The notes below the pieces were generated by a model that saw only the letters and a program-made list of their open reading frames with translations, ran no database searches and was not told where the DNA came from. Source: an uncultured Acidobacteriota bacterium (lineage in GTDB: Bacteria > Acidobacteriota > Thermoanaerobaculia > Gp7-AA8). From it: a stretch of 64,000 nt of DNA. This document shows positions 39,156 to 48,386 of the stretch, piece after piece (the first letter of the stretch is position 1; every line of letters starts with the position of its first letter). The stretch is taken from NCBI GenBank assembly GCA_963741955.1, contig CAVUKB010000006.1, forward strand, positions 192,001 to 256,000, in the 5' to 3' direction. The translations under genes were made by a program, and so were the position numbers.

Positions 39156-42100
39156 ATGGCCATGCGGCAGCCCTCGGGCCGTAACAAGCGAGCAGCCACC
39201 CGCATCTCGATCCGCGAGTTCGGCTGGAGTCCCTGGACCATCGCGAGCCTCCGTCATCCGACGCTCCCATGGTTCGAGAGCCGGCAATGCGAGATCGAGA
39301 TCGAGGGGACGCCTCTGTCCGAGCTCCGGCGCTTTCCCGCCCGTGATGCACTCTCTCTGCTCGGGCAGTACACCGCACACCAATCCTTCCTCCGTTTCGC
39401 CTCCATCGACGATGGTTCATTCGATCCGGTCGAATGGATGGTGGTACACCGAAGGGGTCAGGACTGCAGATTGGTCCGGATCCGCTCCACTCCTTCGGTC
39501 GGCTCCGCGCCCCCGCGCATCAGTCTGATCGAAGAATTCGCGGGATTCGTCGGAATCGACGACCTCGAAACGGCCCGCCAGTCGTGGGCGCGGCCGGCGC
39601 AGGTGTACCGGGAGCTCTACCAGCGACTCCGGCACGGAGCCGCGTCCGACCTCCGGTGGGTCTACGCCGCGGCGGCCGGAGCGATCCACTCTCCCGGCGC
39701 GACGCTGGTCGAGGCGCTCTTCGGAGACGAACCAATCTCGTTCGCCACGACCGAGCCGAACGCGATCGAGACGCTCCGATTCGCCGGAGATCTCGCCCGC
39801 ACCGAGCTTCCACTGTTCGTGATCGGCGGGGCCGCCTCATCGCCGATCCGGCGCTGCTCGGCGCTCTCGGATCTCGAGCGCGCCATCGGTTCGATGGAAG
39901 GAAGCGACGAGAGCGAGATCGCCGAACGGTTCCTCGAGACGACGGCACGCGGCGCGATCGTGATCCTCGACTCTCCCGAAACTCACGATCGCGCTTCACG
40001 CACGGTGACCCGTCTGCTGGGTCAGGCCCCGTCGCGGTTGCGCTGGATCGTCCCTTCCGGCGAGAGGGAGCTCTTCGCCGGTGCCCGCTTCGAGAACCCA
40101 TCGGAGACCCGCCCTTTCCTCCTCTCGCCTCGGCTGCAACCCTACCGCCGTTTTCTCGAGACTTCGGCCCTCCTCGATCCCGCCGAACGGATCGCATGGG
40201 TGGAGTCGGCGGTACAGTCCGAACAGCTCTCCCGTTATCTCGACGACGGCGTGATCCCCGATCGCTCGGCCGACCGCACCATCGCGTCGATCGGAGAGCC
40301 CATCCGGTCGTATCTCGCGGCCCTCGCGCTCCTCGGTGACTCGACCGAGACCTCCTTCGCCCGGCATTTCCTCGACGATCTCGGGTGCCGGATCCCGGTG
40401 GAAGAACTGATGATTCCCGGAGTCCTCGAGAAGGAAGGGAGCGCTCTTTCGTTCCGCAATCCTGCAGTGCGCGAACGCCTGGTTGCGGGCATCCCGGCGG
40501 ACTCACTGCTGGCACTGGCGAGGCTCGCCGCGGAAACACTCTCCGACGCTCTCCCCCCGCGCGCAGCAGCTTCGCTCTTCGTTCTCGCCGGCGAGCCGGA
40601 CCGCGGTCTTGCAACGCTGGAGAACGAGCCGCGCATCGGACAGTCGCCAGAGTCGCAGCTGGAGGAACTGGCGAGCTTCCCTCCTGCGCTGATCCGCGGA
40701 TCGGCGGTTCTCTCGGAGCGGATCGCCCGTGCTCTGATCGCGTGCGGACGCTATCGGGATGCGCGCGAATGGATCGACGCGCTGCAGGACGAATCGAAGG
40801 CACTCCTCACTGCGCTCGTGTTCCGGCGCCTCGGCGAGTACACGGCCGCGCTCGATGCGTTGTCTGCCGTCGCTGCGGCATCTCTCCCGACCGAGCTTCT
40901 CCGGATCGAGCTCCTCCGGCTCCTGGGGCGGTACGACGATGCGCTCGCCGGAGTTCGGAAGCTCGACGTCGCAAACGCGGACCGTTCGCTCCGGACCCGT
41001 GCCGCGTACGAAGCTGCGGTCCTCGCGATCGACCGCCACGAAGCTCCCGCCGAAGAGTGGCTCGAGGAGAATGACCGCGAGGGCGAGTACTGGCGTCTCC
41101 GCTACCGCTCTTACCGCGCTGCGGGGAATGGGGACCACACCTCGGCCGCCCGTTTTGCGAGCGAAGCACGCGCGTCGTCTCCCGATCTTCCCACCGAGAT
41201 CGATGCGACCATCGACCTCCTCTGGTCGGTGTTCCTCGCTGGCGACTGGGAGAGCGCCCGGCACGACGCGAGGAAGGCGCTCGCTCTGGTGGAAGAGACC
41301 CAGGGTGACCGCGCTGCGGGCGCGGTCCTCTTCTATCTCGCCTGGCTCTGCGCCGACGCGGGACAGCCGGTCGAGGCGGGACAGAAGCTGGAACGACTGC
41401 GTCGGTTCTATCTCGAGACGAAAGACGAGCGGCGCCTTCGTGAGCTCGATCTCATTTCAGCACAGATCGCATTCGTCGCGGGGCGTCACGACGATGCCCG
41501 CCAGCTCGCAGCCGAAGTGTGGAACGAATCGCTTCCGGACGAGATCCGCGAAGCGGCGGCTCTGATCCTCGACGAGATCGACGGCATCGATGGACCCGAC
41601 GGGGAGATCAGGAGCAGCGGAGAATCACTCTGCCTCGAGCTGCGAGACCGCCATGCGATTCTCGTCGCCCGCCGCGGCGGGCGTGGGCGTCCGGTGCTTC
41701 CGTTCAACCGTGCGCTCGCGGATTGGGAAGCATCCTGGATTGCAGGGGGTCGCTTCGACCCTCCCGCGGGAGCCACGGCGACCGAACGTCTGAAACTTCT
41801 CCGTTCCTTCGCTGCCATGAACCGGCGCCGCCCCGACGCGCGTCTCGGCGAGGCGATGTCGGCCCTCCGCACCGACATGCACGTCGCGGTTCTCCCCGCG
41901 GACGCGCCCACGGCATCCGAGTCGGAGCTCCTCCGCATCCTCTCGATGCGGGAGTTTCCGTTCGCTCCCGATGCGCTCGGCCCGATCGAGTGGCGTTACG
42001 CCAGCCGCAACCGGCTCGGCCGGTGGAGCGAGATCGGGTCGCTTCCTCCTCTGGAACAGGACGCCCTCGACGAGCTCCTCCTCGATCTTCCGCCCGGGTG

Positions 42101-43214
42101 GCACGACTGCGGCGACTCGGGACTTCTCTTCATCCGCGGGTCGGAGCTCTGGCGGAGAGAGCATCGAGACGCGGTGGTCGCGCTCTTCACGCTGCGGGCG
42201 GAGCACCACCGGCTGCGCAGGCTCAACGAAACCTCATCGCAGCTGATTCGCGATTCGGTAGCTCCACTCTCCTCGCGAGAAGGGATCGTCGGCGAGTCGC
42301 CGGCGATCCGTGAGCTCCTTTCGCGTACCACCTCGCTCGCCCGGAGCGACATCGCGGTCTGCATCCTGGGGGAGTCGGGAACCGGAAAGGAGCTGGTCGC
42401 ACGTGCGATCCATCGCGGTTCCTCGCGGAGAAACCGTCCCTTCACCCCCGTCAACTGCGGCGCGCTTCCCGAGAACCTCGTCGAGAGTGAGCTGTTCGGC
42501 GCGGCGAAGGGAGCCTTCACCGGCGCGGATCGCGACCGGCAGGGCCTGATCGAGGTCACGGATGGAGGAGCTCTTTTTCTCGATGAGGTGGGCGAGCTCC
42601 CCCTCCCTGCCCAGGCGAAGCTCCTCCGCTTTCTGCAGGAGGGAGAGTACCGGCGCGTCGGCGAGACCGAGGTGCGGCATGCCGACGTCCGGATCATCGC
42701 GGCGACCAACCGGATCCTCGAGCAGCAGGTCGACTCGGGTCAATTCCGCGAAGATCTCTACTACCGGATCCGGGGCGTCGAGCTTCCGGTCCCTCCGCTC
42801 CGCGAGCGCGGAGGAGACATCATGCTTCTGGCGCGGTCGTTCCTCGCTGCGGAATGCGAGAAGCAGCATCGCGGACCGGCGCGGTTTTCCAGCGAGGTCG
42901 AGTCGGTCTTCATCGCGTTCGCCTGGCCGGGAAATGTACGCGAACTTCAAGGTGTGGTTCGCTCGGCACACACTCTCGCGGGCGAGTCGGCCCAGATCGA
43001 GCTCGAACATCTCCCGGAGCGGATGCGGAGCGCGATCGTCACGCAGCGTCCGCGGGGCACGTTCTACGACGAGGTGAACCGCTACCGCCGTCATCTCATC
43101 GAACGGTCGCTCCTCGAGGCGAACGGAAATCAGAGCCGTGCCGCGCGTCTTCTCGGCATGTCGCGCCAGGCCCTCGCTTACCAGATCCGCGAGCTGGGGA
43201 TCATGGTCAAGTAG
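39156..43214 (+). CDS. Large sigma-54-dependent enhancer-binding protein with TPR-like N-terminal region
   Basis: GESGTGKE, ESELFG..KGAFTGA, LFLDEVGE, WPGNVREL, C-terminal Fis HTH. Confidence 0.92.
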   Translation: MAMRQPSGRNKRAATRISIREFGWSPWTIASLRHPTLPWFESRQCEIEIEGTPLSELRRFPARDALSLLGQYTAHQSFLRFASIDDGSFDPVEWMVVHRRGQDCRLVRIRSTPSVGSAPPRISLIEEFAGFVGIDDLETARQSWARPAQVYRELYQRLRHGAASDLRWVYAAAAGAIHSPGATLVEALFGDEPISFATTEPNAIETLRFAGDLARTELPLFVIGGAASSPIRRCSALSDLERAIGSMEGSDESEIAERFLETTARGAIVILDSPETHDRASRTVTRLLGQAPSRLRWIVPSGERELFAGARFENPSETRPFLLSPRLQPYRRFLETSALLDPAERIAWVESAVQSEQLSRYLDDGVIPDRSADRTIASIGEPIRSYLAALALLGDSTETSFARHFLDDLGCRIPVEELMIPGVLEKEGSALSFRNPAVRERLVAGIPADSLLALARLAAETLSDALPPRAAASLFVLAGEPDRGLATLENEPRIGQSPESQLEELASFPPALIRGSAVLSERIARALIACGRYRDAREWIDALQDESKALLTALVFRRLGEYTAALDALSAVAAASLPTELLRIELLRLLGRYDDALAGVRKLDVANADRSLRTRAAYEAAVLAIDRHEAPAEEWLEENDREGEYWRLRYRSYRAAGNGDHTSAARFASEARASSPDLPTEIDATIDLLWSVFLAGDWESARHDARKALALVEETQGDRAAGAVLFYLAWLCADAGQPVEAGQKLERLRRFYLETKDERRLRELDLISAQIAFVAGRHDDARQLAAEVWNESLPDEIREAAALILDEIDGIDGPDGEIRSSGESLCLELRDRHAILVARRGGRGRPVLPFNRALADWEASWIAGGRFDPPAGATATERLKLLRSFAAMNRRRPDARLGEAMSALRTDMHVAVLPADAPTASESELLRILSMREFPFAPDALGPIEWRYASRNRLGRWSEIGSLPPLEQDALDELLLDLPPGWHDCGDSGLLFIRGSELWRREHRDAVVALFTLRAEHHRLRRLNETSSQLIRDSVAPLSSREGIVGESPAIRELLSRTTSLARSDIAVCILGESGTGKELVARAIHRGSSRRNRPFTPVNCGALPENLVESELFGAAKGAFTGADRDRQGLIEVTDGGALFLDEVGELPLPAQAKLLRFLQEGEYRRVGETEVRHADVRIIAATNRILEQQVDSGQFREDLYYRIRGVELPVPPLRERGGDIMLLARSFLAAECEKQHRGPARFSSEVESVFIAFAWPGNVRELQGVVRSAHTLAGESAQIELEHLPERMRSAIVTQRPRGTFYDEVNRYRRHLIERSLLEANGNQSRAARLLGMSRQALAYQIRELGIMVK

Positions 43215-43268
43215 ACGTCGATGGTCGCGCGTCCGCCCCGGCGGCGAATCCTCGACCGATCGGTTGCT

Positions 43269-43745
43269 TCACACCCTCGCGAACGACCGCGTCAGTTCCA
43301 TCACCTTCGGCTGCACCACACGGCGATAATCATCGAACGCCATCTTGATCAGTTCCGTGTGCGAGCCGGCATTGAACGCGATCTGCTCGTCCTCGGTGAG
43401 CGTCGTGTCGACGAGGACATCCATGTCATACAGATTGCCGAACGGCGGCATCGCTCCCGGCTCGATCTCGGGAAAGAGGCGCTGGAACGCGTCCTCCGAT
43501 GCGAGCGTCACCGAACGGGCGCCGAGTCGCTCTCCGATCTGGTCGAGGTCGAGCCGCTTCGAGGCCGGAACGACCGCCATCACGATCCGGTCGTCGACCT
43601 GGATCATCACCGTCTTCGCGAGATCCTTCCCCTTGATGTGTGCACTCGCGGCGATCTCCTGTGCCGTGAATGCGGGTGAGTGCGAGATCGTCACGTATCG
43701 GATTCCCGCACGGTCGAGGTACTCTCTCACTTTACGCGCCGGCAT
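43269..43745 (-). CDS. YbaK/EbsC aminoacyl-tRNA deacylase family protein
   Basis: LAKTV, GAMPPFG, FNAGSH. Confidence 0.92.
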   Translation of the reverse strand: MPARKVREYLDRAGIRYVTISHSPAFTAQEIAASAHIKGKDLAKTVMIQVDDRIVMAVVPASKRLDLDQIGERLGARSVTLASEDAFQRLFPEIEPGAMPPFGNLYDMDVLVDTTLTEDEQIAFNAGSHTELIKMAFDDYRRVVQPKVMELTRSFARV

Positions 43746-43865
43746 GGTGCCCTCCGTTCTTCCGTGTTCCGTTCGCGGTTGTTCCTCTCCTCAGTAATTG
43801 GATAAGCTCTTTCTTACTTTCCGGCCATTCGGAGTTCGCATCGGCAGCTGGCATTCGGAGGTTCC

Positions 43866-44876
43866 ATGAATACCCAGATCCTCTTCAAGAGCCGTCCATC
43901 GGGAGAGCCGCACGAGCAGAACTTCCGCATCGTGCATCACGGAATCCCGACTCCGTCGCACGGGGAAGTCGTACGCCGGACGATCTACCTCTCGCTCGAT
44001 CCTTACGTACGAGGACGGATGAGCACCGCGAGCTCCTACGTGGAGCCGATGGAGTTCGGACAGGTGGTGGTGGGAGGAACGGTCAGCGAAGTCATCGATT
44101 CGCAGAATCCCGACTTTCGCGAAGGCGACATCGTTCTCGGTGCCGACGGCTGGCAGACCTACGGCGTCTCGGATGGTTCGGATCTGCGGAAGATCGATCC
44201 TTCGAGCGGACCCATTTCGTGGGCGCTCGGTCTGCTCGGAATGCCCGGGCTCACCGCGTATGTCGCAGTCGACGAGATCGCGCAGGCGAAGGAAGGCGAG
44301 ACGATCGTCGTGACGTCGGCTGCCGGAGCGGTCGGTTCCGTCGCTGTGCAGATCGCGAAGATCCGTGGATGCCGGGTGGTCGGCTTCGCCGGCACCGATG
44401 CCAAGTGTTCATGGGTTCAGAAGGAGCTCGGGGCGAACGACTGCATCAACTACAAGACTGCGGCGCTCGGCTCTGCTCTCGCCGCTGCCACCCCCGACGG
44501 GATCGATGCCGACATCGAGAACGTCGGTGGTGCCGTCTTCGAAGGAATTCTCCAGAGGATCAACCGCGGCGCGCGGATCGCGCTGGTCGGGCTGATCGCC
44601 CACTACAACGACCGGAAGCCGCAGCCTGGTCCGAGTCTCCGTCGCATTCTCAGCCAGCGCGCGACGATTCGCGGCATGATCGTCAGCGATCACTACGATC
44701 GCTTTCCCGAGTTTCTCCGCGACATGAGGAAGTGGATCGAAGAAGGGAAGATGAAGGCGCGCGAGCACGTGGTGGAAGGCCTCGAGAACGCTCCGGGTGC
44801 GTTCCTCGGTCTCTTCCACGGTGAGAACTTCGGAAAGCTCCTGGTGAAGGTCTCCGACGATCCGACGCAAAGGTGA
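43866..44876 (+). CDS. NADP-dependent oxidoreductase (CurA/prostaglandin reductase-like MDR)
   Basis: YLSLDPYVRGRM, LGMPGLTAY, AAGAVGS, GENFGKL. Confidence 0.93.
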   Translation: MNTQILFKSRPSGEPHEQNFRIVHHGIPTPSHGEVVRRTIYLSLDPYVRGRMSTASSYVEPMEFGQVVVGGTVSEVIDSQNPDFREGDIVLGADGWQTYGVSDGSDLRKIDPSSGPISWALGLLGMPGLTAYVAVDEIAQAKEGETIVVTSAAGAVGSVAVQIAKIRGCRVVGFAGTDAKCSWVQKELGANDCINYKTAALGSALAAATPDGIDADIENVGGAVFEGILQRINRGARIALVGLIAHYNDRKPQPGPSLRRILSQRATIRGMIVSDHYDRFPEFLRDMRKWIEEGKMKAREHVVEGLENAPGAFLGLFHGENFGKLLVKVSDDPTQR

Positions 44877-47203
44877 GCGGCGAGCGGCGAGCGACGAGCG
44901 ACGAGCGACGAGCGTGGGTTCCGGCCGAGGGGTGCGGATCCTCTGATCCGCCGCGAAGATTACGGCGCATGCGCGACAGCAGCATCACCCGCGTCGGAGG
45001 CAGAAGCGAAGCTGACTGGCGGAATCACCGACGCTCCGCGGAAGCCATAGCCTTCGTCTTCTTCGCGTACAACACGACTCTCGCGGCGGATCGGAGGATC
45101 CGCACCCCTCGGGGACGAGCGACGAGCGACGAGCGACGAGCGACGAGCGTGGGTTCCGGCCGAGGGGTGCGGATCCTCTGATCCGCCGCGCCGATTACGG
45201 CGCATGCGTGACCGCAGCATCACCCGCGGCTTCGGCAGAAGCGAAGCTGACTGACGGAATCACCGACGCTCCGCGGAAGCCATAGCCTTCGTCTTCTTCG
45301 CGTACAACACGACTCTCGCGGCGGATCGGAGGATCCGCACCCCTCGGGGACGAGCGACGAGCGACGAGCGGCGAGCGACGAGCGTGCGTTCCGGCCGAGG
45401 GGTGCGGATCCTCTGATCCGCCGCGCCGATTACGGCGCATGCGCGACAGCAGCATCACCCGCGTCGGAGGCAGAAGCGAATCTGACTGGCGGAATCACCG
45501 ACGCTCCGCGGAAGCCATAGCCTTCGTCTTCTTCGCGTACAACACGACTCTCGCGGCGGATCGGAGGATCCGCACCCCTCGGGGACGAGCGACGAGCGAC
45601 GAGCGGCGAGCGACGAGCGTGCGTTCCGGCCGAGGGGTGCGGATCCTCTGATCCGCCGCGCCGATTACGGCGCATGCGCGACAGCAGCATCACCCGCGTC
45701 GGAGGCAGAAGCGAAGCTGACTGACGGAATCACCGACGCTCCGCGGAAGCCATAGCCTTCGTCTTCTTCGCGTACAACACGACTCTCGCGGCGGATCGGA
45801 GGATCCGCACCCCTCGGGTACGCGAGGGACGAGCGGCGAGCGACGAGCGACGAGCGTGCGTTCCGGCCGAGGGGTGCGGATCCTCTGATCCGCCGCGAAG
45901 ATTACGGCGCATGCGCGACAGCAGCATCACCCGCGTCGGAGGCAGAAGCGAAGCTGACTGACGGAATCACCGACGCTCCGCGGAAGCCATAGCCTTCGTC
46001 TTCTTCGCGTACAACACGACTCTCGCGGCGGATCGGAGGATCCGCCGCGAAGATTACGGCGCATGCGCGACAGCAGCATCACCCGCGTCGGAGGCAGAAG
46101 CGAAGCTGACTGGCGGAATCACCGACGCTCCGCGGAAGCCATAGCCTTCGTCTTCTTCGCGTACAACACGACTCTCGCGGCGGATCGGAGGATCCGCACC
46201 CCTCGGGGACGAGCGACGAGCGACGAGCGGCGAGCGGCGAGAGTGCATTCCGGCCGAGGGGTGCGGATCCTCTGATCCGCCGCGCCGATTACGGCGCATG
46301 CGTGACCGCAGCATCACCCGCGGCTTCGGCAGAAGCGAAGCTGACTGACGGAATCACCGACGCTCCGCGGAAGCCATAGCCTTCGTCTTCTTCGCGTACA
46401 ACACGACTCTCGCGGCGGATCGGAGGATCCGCACCCCTCGGGGACGAGCGACGAGCGACGAGCGGCGAGAGTGCATTCCGGCCGAGGGGTGCGGATCCTC
46501 TGATCCGCCGCGCCGATTACGGCGCATGCGTGACCGCAGCATCACCCGCGGCTTCGACAGAAGCGAAGCTGACTGACGGAATCACCGGCGCTCCGCGGAA
46601 GCCATAGCCTTCGTCTTCTTCGCGTACAACACGACTCTCGCGGCGGATCGGAGGATCCGCCGCGCCGATTACGGCGCATGCGTGACCGCAGCATCACCCG
46701 CGGCTTCGGCAGAAGCGAAGCTGACTGGCGGAATCACCGACGCTCCGCGGAAGCCATAGCCTTCGTCTTCTTCGCGTACAACACGATCTTCGCGGCGGAT
46801 CGGAGGATCCGCACCCCTCGGGGACGAGCGACGAGCGACGAGCGGCGAGCGGCGAGAGTGCGTTCCCGCCGAGGGGTGCGGATCCTCTGATCCGCCGCGC
46901 CGATTACGGCGCATGCGTGACCGCAGCATCACCCGTGTCGGAGGCAGAAGCGAAGCTGACTGACGGAATCACCGACGCTCCGCGGAAGCCATAGCCTTCG
47001 TCTTCTTCGCGTACAACACGACTCTCGCGGCGGATCGGAGGATCCGCACCCCTCGGGGACGCGAGGGACGAGCGACGAGCGGCGAGCGGCGAGCGGCGAG
47101 CGTGCGTTCCGGCCGAGGGGAGCGGATCCTCTGATCCGCCGCGCCGATCACGGCGCATGCGCGACAGCAGCATCACCCGCGTCAGAGGCAGAAGCGAAGC
47201 TGA
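44877..47203. repeat. Tandem array of REP-core-iREP units (BIME-like), 10 full + 1 partial
   Basis: 31-bp CCGAGGGGTGCGGATCCTCTGATCCGCCGCG at 44925, 45160, 45395, 45630, 45867, 46254, 46482, 46869 and 47113 (variant). Inverted copies at 45082, 45317, 45552, 45787, 46176, 46411, 46791 and 47026. Near-identical 126-bp cores; GAGCGAC linkers. Confidence 0.93.
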
Positions 47204-47217
47204 GAAGAACGCTGACG

Positions 47218-47583
47218 TCAGCTCTCCGAAACCTTTCCGGTTTCGTCGAGGAAGCTGTCGACCGCCTGATCTTCGTCCTCATGCACTTCGAAGAGAGGAA
47301 GGAGCATGGTCAGTCGGAGTGATTTCCGAACGCGCTCCTGCGGTCGAAGCAGCTTCACCTTCGCGCCTTCCCGCTGCGCGATCTTGTAACTCTGAACCAG
47401 ATCGCCGAGTCCGTTGCTGTCGACGTAATCGACCCCGGCGAGATTGATGAGCAGATTCGTGTGGCCCGCGGCGATCGCCTTCTCCACCATCGACGAGATG
47501 ACCCCTTCCGAAACGCCGACGACGAGACTCCCGCTGTAATCGATGATGGCAACGTCTCCGCGAGTTCTGAGCTTCATTTCCAT
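47218..47583 (-). CDS. STAS-domain anti-sigma factor antagonist
   Basis: LINLAGVDYVDSNGLG with the phospho-acceptor Ser. Confidence 0.9.
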   Translation of the reverse strand: MEMKLRTRGDVAIIDYSGSLVVGVSEGVISSMVEKAIAAGHTNLLINLAGVDYVDSNGLGDLVQSYKIAQREGAKVKLLRPQERVRKSLRLTMLLPLFEVHEDEDQAVDSFLDETGKVSES

Positions 47584-47828
47584 GGTCGCGCGATGATACC
47601 GGATTTCTTCGCGGGATCGATGGAGTGAGACCGATCGCACTCGATGAGCGCACCCCGCACGCAAGGTGAGCGAAGTGAGCCGGCAGATCGTTCTCACGGC
47701 TTCTCCTGCGGGCTCCGAATTCAGGCCCGGAGCGGTACCGCCCTCTCTTCGAAACGGAGAGCCGGGCGCGGCCGGAGCGCCGGTGCCGGCGCCCTTCCAG
47801 ACCCGGAATGCGGCCCCCCTCCCCTCTG

Positions 47829-47857
47829 TTGATCAATTCGTACCAAGATGGTACTGT
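47829..47857 (+). promoter_or_regulatory. Putative sigma-70 promoter of the suf operon with overlapping inverted repeat
   Basis: TTGATC-N17-TACTGT with TGn extension; GTACC-N5-GGTAC at 47840-47854. Confidence 0.55.
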
Positions 47858-47897
47858 TTCTGCCCCTGCCACGCAGGGCGATGAAAGTGACGGTTCG

Positions 47898-48383
47898 ATG
47901 CTGAAGATCTCGCGCCTTTCCGATTACGGACTCCTGGCGGTCGTCTATCTCGCGCGTCATGCGGGAGACGTCATTTCGGCTCGCGAGATCTCCGCCTTTT
48001 ACGCCCTCCCGCTGCCCGCGATTTCGAAGGTGATGAAAGTGATGCACGAGGCGGGGCTGATCCAGTCGCAGCGGGGACCGAACGGCGGCTACTGGTTCGA
48101 AGGCGATGCCGACGGGATCTCTCTCGGCCAGCTTCTGGAGGTTCTGGAAGGGCCGTGGGAGCTGTTCGACTGCGAGACGAATGATCCTGCGGGACATGCG
48201 ATCTGTGGAATCAGATCGGCATGTCCTTCGAGATCTTTCATGTTCGGAATCAATCGTGCGATCAAGAACGGATTCGAGCGGATCTCTCTCGGAGATCTCG
48301 CGCGCGGCGTCGATCCGGCGGCATGGGACGGCGGCAAAGCAGCGCTCGACGAGACCGCGGGAAACGCAGGGGAGCTTCAGTAG
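47898..48383 (+). CDS. Rrf2-family SUF Fe-S assembly regulator
   Basis: MLKISRLSDYG, SQRGPNGGY, three Cys (C-X10-C-X5-C); first gene of the suf operon. Confidence 0.9.
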   Translation: MLKISRLSDYGLLAVVYLARHAGDVISAREISAFYALPLPAISKVMKVMHEAGLIQSQRGPNGGYWFEGDADGISLGQLLEVLEGPWELFDCETNDPAGHAICGIRSACPSRSFMFGINRAIKNGFERISLGDLARGVDPAAWDGGKAALDETAGNAGELQ

Positions 48384-48386
48384 ACC

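Noticed and set aside
44956-45081. Hammerhead ribozyme in the array core
   Set aside because: No CTGANGA plus GAAA catalytic core on either strand.
44960-47176. Repeated 60-90 aa ORFs in the array
   Set aside because: They cross hairpins and variable-length heptamer linkers, shift frame between units and have no evident RBS; most likely by-products of the repeat.
44877-47203. CRISPR array
   Set aside because: Intervening sequences are near-identical rather than unique spacers, repeats alternate in orientation, and no cas genes are in the window.
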